DNA of 64,000 nt, taken from NCBI GenBank assembly GCA_016188355.1, contig JACPHY010000016.1, positions 2,345 through 66,344 on the forward strand. The letters are read 5' to 3'. Under the pieces are notes generated by a model. The model was given only the letters and a program-made list of their open reading frames with translations, did not search any database and had not been told where the DNA came from. Positions 28,193 through 36,070 of the stretch are shown piece by piece (position 1 is the first letter of the stretch; each line of letters starts with the position of its first letter). Made by a program: the position numbers and the translations under genes. This stretch comes from Candidatus Uhrbacteria bacterium (lineage in GTDB: Bacteria > Patescibacteriota > Patescibacteriia > JACPHY01).

Positions 28193-29095
28193 ATGCGAGA
28201 TCAGTTCGCGGTCGCGGGCGGCTCCATCGCCGGTCGCGACCACACGCGCGCGGGCAGAAATAATCATGATGCGTTCTCCTGGATTCAAGATCCGGACTGG
28301 ACTATCGCATTCGTCGCGGATGGCTGTGGTGGTGCGGATGACAAAGTGCCGATGGATGTACGCGTCCGGCACGGCGCGGGTCCGCATAGTGAGGTGGGCG
28401 CGAAGCTTGGGGTGCGTCTGGTTGCAGAGTCCGTCCGCCGAAGTTTGCGGCGATTCGCCGAGCATCCGATTGCAGCGACCGGCGTGTTGCCGGAGCACGA
28501 TTCCTTCTGGGAGCGGATTCGTCAGGATGTGCTCGCCGGTCTCCGTGTATTGGCGCTCCAGATGGGCGACAGCCTTTCCGAGGTGGTGAACGAGTATTTC
28601 CTCTTCACCCTCGTTGGAGCGGTGATCACGAAATGGGGAACGTCGATCGTTTCATTGGGCGATGGCATTTATGGGTGCAACGGCAACGTACGCGTCCTGG
28701 GTCCATATCCCGATAATGAGCCACCGTACCTCGCGTACGGTCTCGTGCCGACCTCCCTCGCAAATACAGATCCGCGGCTCCTGAAATTCGTGGTGCATGA
28801 AATGCTATCGACGGATCAGGTGCATTCGATTCTCCTGGGTACCGACGGCGGCAAGGATCTGCAGGAAGCCGCTGGCCGTTGTATTCCTGGCAGTGCAGAG
28901 CTCGTCGGTCCTTTGGATCAATTCTGGATGAACGATCTCTACTTCCGAAATCCGGACGCGCTGCGCCGTCGACTGGCGGTGATCAACCGTGATCGGAGTG
29001 TTCAGGGTGACGGTGGCGGTACGCAGAATGCTGCCGGCCTACTCCCGGACGATACGACGCTCATTGCCATCCGGAGACGATCCGGAGGTGCGTGA
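28193..29095 (+). CDS. PP2C-family Ser/Thr protein phosphatase
   Basis: GGGGAGGG RBS before MRDQFAVAGGS. PP2C motifs DGCGG, LGDGIYGCNGN, DDTTLIAIRR. Stop overlaps the kinase ATG (TGATG). Confidence 0.8.
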   Translation: MRDQFAVAGGSIAGRDHTRAGRNNHDAFSWIQDPDWTIAFVADGCGGADDKVPMDVRVRHGAGPHSEVGAKLGVRLVAESVRRSLRRFAEHPIAATGVLPEHDSFWERIRQDVLAGLRVLALQMGDSLSEVVNEYFLFTLVGAVITKWGTSIVSLGDGIYGCNGNVRVLGPYPDNEPPYLAYGLVPTSLANTDPRLLKFVVHEMLSTDQVHSILLGTDGGKDLQEAAGRCIPGSAELVGPLDQFWMNDLYFRNPDALRRRLAVINRDRSVQGDGGGTQNAAGLLPDDTTLIAIRRRSGGA

Positions 29096-30990
29096 TGGAC
29101 GTGTTCATCGATGGAAAGAAGTTTCGTGTTTCGCCGAAGCAGGCGATTGGAAAGGGCGGAGAGGCGGACGTCTACAATCTCGGTGATGGGCGGGCGCTGA
29201 AGATCTTCAAGCCGCCGACGCATCCCGATTATGCGGACATACCGGATCGCGGAGAGCGCGAACGGGAAATGTGTGGCGCGCGAGATCGGATCGCGCTCCA
29301 TCAGGAGAAGCTCCCCGCGTTTCCCAGAGACCTCCCGGATCACGTCGTGGTGCCCGCGGATCTGGCCATGGATGCAGGAGGATCATCAATCGTTGGGTAC
29401 GCGATGCCGCTCCTCACCGGTGCGGAAACGTTCTGGAAATACGGGCATCGCGGAGAGCGACCGGCGGGTATCACGAACGAGCACGTGCAGAGCATCCTTC
29501 GGAATCTCCATCGGACCGTGCAGGGATGCCATGCGAAGCAGGTGGTCATTGGCGACTTCAACGACCTCAATGTGTTGGTGGTCGGGGAGGAGCCCTACCT
29601 CATCGATGTGGACAGCTTCCAGTTCGGGAAGTATCTCTGCCGGGCATTCACGGTGCGCTTTGTGGATCCGCTCCGGTGTGATCCGCATGCATCGAGTTTG
29701 CTCCTGGCGCAGCCGCACACTCCCGATTCGGACTGGTACGCGTTCACTGTGATGCTCATGCGGAGCCTGCTCTTCGTGGAGCCGTACGGTGGGGTGTTCA
29801 AACCGAAGGATCGCACGAAGTTGGTGCCTCATGATGCGCGGCCTCAGCATCGTATTACGATCTTCCATCCCGAGGTGATTTGTCCCAAGGTGGCCATTCC
29901 GTATGGAAGACTTCCAGACGATCTCCTCCATCACCTGCAGCAGGTGTTCGAGAAGGATCTCCGTGGGGTGTTCCCGATGCAGCTGCTCGAGAGCATGCGT
30001 TGGACGACCTGCGCGCAGTGCCAGACGGAGCATGCGCGAGCGCTTTGTCCGAATTGCCAGCATGCGGCTCCGGCGGCGATTCGGGAGGTGACCGTGATTC
30101 GTGGCCAGGTGACCGCGACGCGGATTTTCCGCACGCATGGTCGAATCTGTCAGGCGGCGATGCAGGATGGTGCGTTGTGTTGGTTGTATCATGAGGACCA
30201 CGCATTTCGTCGGGAAGATGGCGCGTTGGTGATTTCCGGCGGCATGGATCCCAAGTTTCGCTACCGTCTCCAGGGTCGCGCGACGCTCATCGCCCGCGAT
30301 GATCAGCTCGCGACGATTTCGCCGCATGCGGGAACGCAACGACGGACCGTCGAACAATTCCAGGGTCGATTGCCCGTCTATGATACGAACGCGCGCCACG
30401 CCTACTGGCTGGAGGGTGGCACGATCTATCGGGACGGCGATCTCGCTCAGGAACGTATCGGCGATGTGTTGGCGGGACAGACGTTGTTTTGGGTGGGGCC
30501 GGCATTCGGGTTCGGGTTCTATCGAGCCGGCGAGCTCAATGTGGCGTTCGTCTTTGATGCAGAGCGTCGCGGTATCAATGATGCGGTATCATTGCCACGT
30601 TTCCACGGTCAGATCCTCGATGTCGCGACGACGTTCTCCAATGAGCGCTGCTGGTTCTTCGTTGCATACGAACACGGAGGGAAGACGGTGCATCGGTGCA
30701 CGGTGATCCGTCCGGATGGCGGCATCGAAGCAACCATGGAGGCGACGGCTGGGGAACCGGCGTGGTCGTGGCTCGGAACGATCCGTGGTCACGCGGCAAC
30801 GGGAAAGTTCCTCCTCGCGGCAACGGATGACGGTATCGTCCGCGTCGAAGTGCATCAGGGGCAGCTTGCGGCGACGAAGTCCTTTCCGGATACGGAGCCG
30901 TTTGTGGGGGCCGGTGACTTGCTCTTCGCGGGAAAAGACGGTCTCTACGTCGTGAGTCGCAGCGAGATCACGCGTCTCCAGATTCGCTAA
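29095..30990 (+). CDS. Ser/Thr protein-kinase-like protein with internal Zn ribbon (CAQC...CPNC) and C-terminal beta-rich domain
   Basis: Gly-rich loop IGKGGEADVY, lysine ALKIF, catalytic-loop-like VIGDFNDLNVLV, DFG-like IDVDSF. Confidence 0.7.
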   Translation: MDVFIDGKKFRVSPKQAIGKGGEADVYNLGDGRALKIFKPPTHPDYADIPDRGEREREMCGARDRIALHQEKLPAFPRDLPDHVVVPADLAMDAGGSSIVGYAMPLLTGAETFWKYGHRGERPAGITNEHVQSILRNLHRTVQGCHAKQVVIGDFNDLNVLVVGEEPYLIDVDSFQFGKYLCRAFTVRFVDPLRCDPHASSLLLAQPHTPDSDWYAFTVMLMRSLLFVEPYGGVFKPKDRTKLVPHDARPQHRITIFHPEVICPKVAIPYGRLPDDLLHHLQQVFEKDLRGVFPMQLLESMRWTTCAQCQTEHARALCPNCQHAAPAAIREVTVIRGQVTATRIFRTHGRICQAAMQDGALCWLYHEDHAFRREDGALVISGGMDPKFRYRLQGRATLIARDDQLATISPHAGTQRRTVEQFQGRLPVYDTNARHAYWLEGGTIYRDGDLAQERIGDVLAGQTLFWVGPAFGFGFYRAGELNVAFVFDAERRGINDAVSLPRFHGQILDVATTFSNERCWFFVAYEHGGKTVHRCTVIRPDGGIEATMEATAGEPAWSWLGTIRGHAATGKFLLAATDDGIVRVEVHQGQLAATKSFPDTEPFVGAGDLLFAGKDGLYVVSRSEITRLQIR

Positions 30991-31011
30991 TTTGTGTAGA
31001 TGTTTGTGGGG

Positions 31012-31054
31012 AATTGCGGCAGCCCACAGCATCGGTATCTCCACTGCCGCAATT
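31012..31054. promoter_or_regulatory. 11-bp perfect inverted repeat aattgcggcag-N21-ctgccgcaatt directly upstream of the nicotinamidase-like gene
   Basis: Read directly; lies between the kinase stop (30990) and the AAGGAG RBS of the next gene. Confidence 0.3.
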
Positions 31055-31079
31055 ACGAGACAAGAAGAAGGAGTTCGCC

Positions 31080-32243
31080 ATGGGTAAGGCTCTTCCGTTC
31101 CCGAAATTCTACGATCCGCACAACGTCAGCGACTGGAATTACGCGCCGGATCTCCAGGAGGTGCTCCTGGAGGCGCAGGAATACGTACGGCGCAACGACA
31201 TCAAGCCGGCGTCCACCGCGAAGGTGCGGATCGGCGTTCTCGGCATCGACAACCAGAAGGACTTCTGCTATCCGCCGGACGCGCGGGTCGTCCGTGGCAA
31301 GCCGCGCGGCGGCACGCTCTACGTGGCGGGCCGGAGCGGCACTGGCGCGATCGATGACAGCCGGCGGTACACCGAGTTCCTCTACCGGAACGCGGCACAC
31401 ATCACGAACATCTGGGACACGATGGACACGCACTTCCTATATCAGTGCTTCTTCCCGACGTTCTGGCTCCTCGAGAACGGTCAGCATCCCAATCCCCATA
31501 CGCTGATCGACCTCAATGCGCACGAGCAGCTCGTGAACCTCGATCTCGCGGGCAAGGAGATCGGCGCGGTGCGGGTGAATCCCGCCATCATGTCGTGGCT
31601 CCTCCCCGGGGTGTCGCCGAGCGCGGCGTTCACCTGGGCGACGAAGCAGATGGAATTCTATGCGCGTCAGCTGAAGCTGCCGAAGGGGCAGTACTCGAAG
31701 ACCCCGTACACGCTGTATCTTTGGCCGTTCCACTGCATCCTCGGCGGTGACGGGCACGCGCTCGTGGGGAGCATCCAGGAGGCACGGATGTTCGTCGCGG
31801 CGGCGCGCGGCATCCAGTCGTATCGCGAGGTGAAGGGAGGGAACGAGTGGTCCGAGAACTACGGCATCATCAGTGCCGAAGTACTCGAACGCCATGACGG
31901 CAAGGGGCAGATCGCGCAGAAGAACGTCGCGTTCCTGAAGAAGCTCCTCGAGCATGACATCATCATCATCGGCGGTCAGGCGGCGAGCCACTGCGTGAAG
32001 AGCTCGATCGAGCAGATCCTCGACGGTATCGTCGCGCAGGATCCGAAGCTCGCGAAGAAGGTGTACATCCTCGAGGACTGCATGTCCGCAGTCACCGTGC
32101 CCGACGGGAAGGGCGGATTCGCGGCGGACTTCACGCCGCAGGCGGAAGCGGCGATCCTCGAGTTCAAGAAGGCGGGCATGCACGTCGTCCAGTCGACGGA
32201 TTCCATCGAGAGCTGGCCGGGCGTCGGATCGCTCGCGGCCTAA
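31080..32243 (+). CDS. Enlarged isochorismatase-family cysteine hydrolase, nicotinamidase (PncA)-like
   Basis: GIDNQKDFCYPP resembles the PncA DVQNDFC motif; catalytic-Cys segment IIIGGQAASHCVKSS. About 390 aa versus about 190 for canonical PncA. Confidence 0.6.
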   Translation: MGKALPFPKFYDPHNVSDWNYAPDLQEVLLEAQEYVRRNDIKPASTAKVRIGVLGIDNQKDFCYPPDARVVRGKPRGGTLYVAGRSGTGAIDDSRRYTEFLYRNAAHITNIWDTMDTHFLYQCFFPTFWLLENGQHPNPHTLIDLNAHEQLVNLDLAGKEIGAVRVNPAIMSWLLPGVSPSAAFTWATKQMEFYARQLKLPKGQYSKTPYTLYLWPFHCILGGDGHALVGSIQEARMFVAAARGIQSYREVKGGNEWSENYGIISAEVLERHDGKGQIAQKNVAFLKKLLEHDIIIIGGQAASHCVKSSIEQILDGIVAQDPKLAKKVYILEDCMSAVTVPDGKGGFAADFTPQAEAAILEFKKAGMHVVQSTDSIESWPGVGSLAA

Positions 32244-32326
32244 TCCACTTCGGAGGGGTCGCCGGTGGTGCTTTCGGGTGCCATTGGCGATCCTTTCGAA
32301 CCACCAAAACCAAAGGAGTATCTACC

Positions 32327-33127
32327 GTGGCGAATACGGGTTCTTCCCAGAACGTCAGTCAGCTCTTCCAGGCCGCGCAGCAGGAGGGCGACCTCTCGGC
32401 GCAGTCCGCGGCGATTCTGCTCGCGCCGGATATGGGTCTCCAGATTCAGGCCGGGCTCGGCGCGCAGATCGATGATGTCCAGGCGAGCGAGGTGTTTCTC
32501 GTGGCGCTGATGCCGGATGACTCTGGGTCGATCGCGTCTGCGAACAATGAGCAGACCGTTCGTGACGGACACAACCTCGTGATCGAGGCCCTGCGGGATT
32601 CGAAGCAGGGCGATGGCATCCGGGCGCACTGCCGATATCTGAACGGCAAAGTGCTCTACGCGTTCGGGTCGCTCGACGCGGCCGTGAAGATGGATGGTCG
32701 AAACTACCGCGCGGACCAGGGGACGCCGCTCTACGATCAGACGGTGGTGCTCCTCGGGACGGTACTCGCGGAGGCGAAGGCGTTCGAGGATGCGGGCGTT
32801 CCGGCACGGACCGCGACCCTCATCATCACCGATGGCGCCGATCTCCACTCGAGGAGGAAGGCGAAGGATGTGAAGGCGATCGTCGACGATATGCTCCGCA
32901 AGGAAATGCATATCGTCGCGGCCATGGGCATCGATGACGGTGGCGGCACGGACTTCCGCAGGGTGTTCCGCGACATGGGCATCCGCGACGAGTGGATCCT
33001 CACGCCGGGCAACTCGGCGAGCGAGATTCGTCGGGCATTCTCGGTGTTCTCGCGGTCCGCGGTGCGTGCGTCGCAGTCCGCGGGCAGCTTCAGTCAGACG
33101 GCGGCCGGCGGTTTCGGCGCTCCGTAG
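32327..33127 (+). CDS. Small vWA-domain protein (TerY-like) with intact MIDAS
   Basis: DDSGS MIDAS, downstream Thr and TDGADL motif; GTG start with AAGGAG RBS. Confidence 0.7.
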   Translation: MANTGSSQNVSQLFQAAQQEGDLSAQSAAILLAPDMGLQIQAGLGAQIDDVQASEVFLVALMPDDSGSIASANNEQTVRDGHNLVIEALRDSKQGDGIRAHCRYLNGKVLYAFGSLDAAVKMDGRNYRADQGTPLYDQTVVLLGTVLAEAKAFEDAGVPARTATLIITDGADLHSRRKAKDVKAIVDDMLRKEMHIVAAMGIDDGGGTDFRRVFRDMGIRDEWILTPGNSASEIRRAFSVFSRSAVRASQSAGSFSQTAAGGFGAP

Positions 33128-33185
33128 CTGATCATCGGTACGCAGTTCCTTCTGACCGGTCCCACCATGCGTGGGGCCGGTCGTT

Positions 33186-33376
33186 CTTTTCACAAGGGAC
33201 TTCGTCCTCGGTGCGACCCCTGCCTCGCCACGGCGCAGGAGCCGGGCAAAGCCCTTCTCCTCCTGCTTGGGCTCGGCATGCCCTCTTTTCACAAGGGACC
33301 TCGTCCTCGGTGCGACCCCTGCCTTGCCATGGCGCAGGAGCCGGGCAAAGCCCTTCTCCTCCTGCTTGGGCTCGGC
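33186..33376. repeat. Two tandem 99-bp direct repeats (about 95% identical), each containing a nested stem-loop gcaggag-cc-gggc-aaa-gccc-ttct-ctcctgc
   Basis: Copies start at 33186 and 33285 with identical cores. Located between the vWA stop and a shared terminator; a third diverged copy is at 836-900. Confidence 0.7.
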
Positions 33377-33378
33377 GG

Positions 33379-33420
33379 TGAAAAAAAGAACACCGGCTCT
33401 GGGGAAGCCCAGAGCCGGTC
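33379..33420 (-). terminator. Intrinsic terminator for the convergent large vWA gene (11-bp stem ccggctctggg/cccagagccgg plus U7 on minus strand)
   Basis: Perfect stem with gaag loop. tgttcttttttt follows on the minus strand; T-rich flank also on the plus side (possibly bidirectional). Confidence 0.5.
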
Positions 33421-33446
33421 TTATTCATCCGTCGTTCACTGAAGTC

Positions 33447-35012
33447 TCAGGTGTCGGTGCCGCGATTGCCGCCGCCGAGGAGTTTCCCGAGGCGCTCGAT
33501 CACACTCGGCCGGCGTCGCAGTTCGGCGGTATTGCTCACTCGGAGCCGATCGCCGTCGATGATGATGTGGTTCGGATCCACGCCCGCCTGCCGCACTGCC
33601 TCGAAGTCTTTTATTTTGAGATCTCCGAGGATCGTCATGTCATCGAATGCCTGCTGCTGCTGGGCGGACGGCATGCCGAGCGACGTGTAGTCGGACCGAC
33701 CGCCGCCATAGCCCGACATGTACGTCCGTCCTGCATCCCGGAGGTGTCCCGCCTGCTCCGCGAATCGCTGTCGGTCTCCGAGGTCACTGCCGATCCGTTC
33801 GAGTTCGGCAACTCGTTCCTTTGCTTCCGGGAGATCGATGCGCTTCAGCTCCTCTCGAATGGCGAGGATGCGCTGCGCTGCGTCCGTGAATCGACTATCC
33901 CGTGCGTACCGCCACGCATCCTGAATGGCGATGCCGGCCGCGATCTGGAGTCGATCGAGCTCGATCTGCGGATCCGGTCGTTGCTCGGCGTCACTGGGTG
34001 CCACGTATCGGAATCGCGCCTCGCTCGAGATGTCGAACGGCGTGCCGTCCACCCGTTGACCGGTCACTCGAACCGTCGCTGCGGACGTCGCACGCGGGAA
34101 GACTTTGTCGACGGACGGAATCTGGAGTTCCGCCGTCACGGATGCCGGCTTTCCGTCGTACAGGTTGCCGATGGCCAGCGTGACGTCGTTGCCGTTTTGT
34201 CCCGCTGCAATGATCGGCACGTTCTCCAGGACGACGACGTGGAACGGATCATGTGCGGTGATGCGGACGCGCACGTTCGTCGCGGTGAGACTGCGGAGGA
34301 ACCCGAGCTCCATCGCGAACGCGTGGATGAGCGCATCTGCTCCCTCTGCGTGGTACGAGACGCCGCCACTCAGCGTTGCGATTGCCTCGAGCAGTTCCGG
34401 GTCGTATCCATCGGCACCGGCCGCATGACCGACTGGACCGAATCCGAACGTCGCGATGGGCACATCACTCATCGCGGCTCGTCGGCGTTCCCGAATTGCC
34501 GCGCAGATGTTGTCGTGCCCCGTAATGCCGACGGTCGGCACGCCATCCGTGAAGAGGATGATGCGTTGCGTGCGGAGCTGGTCTTCGGGCTGTGTCTCCT
34601 CCGCGAGCATCGTGATCGCTTCGCCTACACCGTCGACGAGGTTCGTGCTCCCATGCGCACCGATGCGTCGGATGCTCTGCTCGAGCATGGCACGCTTCGT
34701 CCGCAGGGTACCGATCGGCGTGAGCACGTGCGCGCTGTCCGAGAATGCGACGAGCCCGACGCGATCGTGGTCATCGAGCTGGAGCAGGAATCGGAACATG
34801 GCCTCTCGCGCGGCGTCGCGTTTGGTGGGACTACCGTGGCGATGATCCGTGGCCTCGCACATGGAGGATGATGTATCCGCGACGAGGACGATGTCCTTCG
34901 GCATCGGCTGCATCGCATGCGGCATGGGTCCGGCGACGCGCACGACGAGGTGTGTGGGTTCCGGATGGCGATGGTTGATTTTCTGTCGGGTCAATCGGAC
35001 GCTGACGTCCAT
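33447..35012 (-). CDS. Large vWA-domain protein with long C-terminal helical extension
   Basis: MIDAS DTSSSM, then T and LFTDG. GAGGAG RBS 7 nt before the internal ATG (MDVSVRLTRQ), so the start is placed at 35012, not the ORF-track 35078. Confidence 0.7.
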   Translation of the reverse strand: MDVSVRLTRQKINHRHPEPTHLVVRVAGPMPHAMQPMPKDIVLVADTSSSMCEATDHRHGSPTKRDAAREAMFRFLLQLDDHDRVGLVAFSDSAHVLTPIGTLRTKRAMLEQSIRRIGAHGSTNLVDGVGEAITMLAEETQPEDQLRTQRIILFTDGVPTVGITGHDNICAAIRERRRAAMSDVPIATFGFGPVGHAAGADGYDPELLEAIATLSGGVSYHAEGADALIHAFAMELGFLRSLTATNVRVRITAHDPFHVVVLENVPIIAAGQNGNDVTLAIGNLYDGKPASVTAELQIPSVDKVFPRATSAATVRVTGQRVDGTPFDISSEARFRYVAPSDAEQRPDPQIELDRLQIAAGIAIQDAWRYARDSRFTDAAQRILAIREELKRIDLPEAKERVAELERIGSDLGDRQRFAEQAGHLRDAGRTYMSGYGGGRSDYTSLGMPSAQQQQAFDDMTILGDLKIKDFEAVRQAGVDPNHIIIDGDRLRVSNTAELRRRPSVIERLGKLLGGGNRGTDT

Positions 35013-35347
35013 GGCAATTCTCCTCTGCTGGTTGGGTTGCGGATAGTCGATGCGGAGTGAGGGATGTGTCACTCCCAAATCGACCGAGATCCCATCCCCA
35101 CACCCTCAGCCATACGCAGCGGCGGTCATCCCAATTCCGGAGATCCGGAAGCGGACGACCCAACGGTGTCGTACGGTGGAGCGATGTGCGTGAACTCCCC
35201 GATTGGGAAGGAGCACCAGGACGATACCATAGACGATCCGTCATGTCCAGGGCTTGACGCGGTGCGGAAGGATGGGTATACCAAGGCTGGGAGTCCTCCC
35301 AAGGAATTGCTGTCGGTGTCCCATACAGGGGCGCAGAGAGGAGCATC

Positions 35348-35833
35348 ATGCGATTCGTAGTGATGACCGGGAGCTTCTTGCCGACCATACTGGTAATCGT
35401 ATGTATCGGCGTGGTGCTGTTTCGCTGGTGGCGCGCGGCGCGTCATCGATTGCCGACGATCGATGGTCCGGCGGTGCGGGAGCGGCAGTCGGTGCCATGG
35501 CAGTGTGACGAGCAGCCATCCGCGCCAACGTTGGTAGTGGTAATCCCCGCGCCAGAGGCGCCTCGCACTGCGGAGCTATCTCTCGTTCCGGCGTTCCCGC
35601 CGCTCCTGTTGCCGATTCCCTCGCGAGCGCCGTCCATGCCACAGGGTCATGCGCTGCGACTCGCCGAACGGGCGATTGCGCGCGCGGATCGTCGCCGTCG
35701 TACTCGGGGTGATCTCCGGCTGGTGCGCCGAAGCCGGAATCGTCCTCGCCTGTTGCGTGAGCGCTATGCATCGGAAGTGCCCACGGAGGATTTGGTGCCG
35801 CTCGCGCCGCCTGCATGGGAGCAGGAGCGATGA
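35348..35833 (+). CDS. Hypothetical single-TM protein, Pro/Arg-rich
   Basis: GAGGAG RBS; N-terminal TM helix. Confidence 0.5.
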   Translation: MRFVVMTGSFLPTILVIVCIGVVLFRWWRAARHRLPTIDGPAVRERQSVPWQCDEQPSAPTLVVVIPAPEAPRTAELSLVPAFPPLLLPIPSRAPSMPQGHALRLAERAIARADRRRRTRGDLRLVRRSRNRPRLLRERYASEVPTEDLVPLAPPAWEQER

Positions 35834-36070
35834 GGTATACGGGAGCCGCATGTTGCGGCTCCCGTTGTTCGTGGGTGAGCATTCGGCTCTCCTGGGCCAA
35901 TTCTGTGGTAGAGGTTGACAACTGAGCGGATTTGTGGTTGTCTGGGAGTGCATCAAAGGCGATGGGTCGGCGGAGCAGGTCCGTCGAGCCGCTCGTTCAT
36001 AATTGAGGTGGTTTTCCGTACAAAAACGATCCGCGCATGTGCGCGAGATCCGGGAAGGAAGGAGATCGTG

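Noticed and set aside
28047-28589. 180-aa plus-strand ORF upstream of PP2C
   Set aside because: No RBS and odd composition. The downstream internal Met of the PP2C frame has a GGGGAGGG RBS, so this is 5' UTR.
33186-33376. Possible CRISPR array
   Set aside because: Only two copies of a 99-bp unit, directly abutting with no unique spacers; no cas genes in the window.
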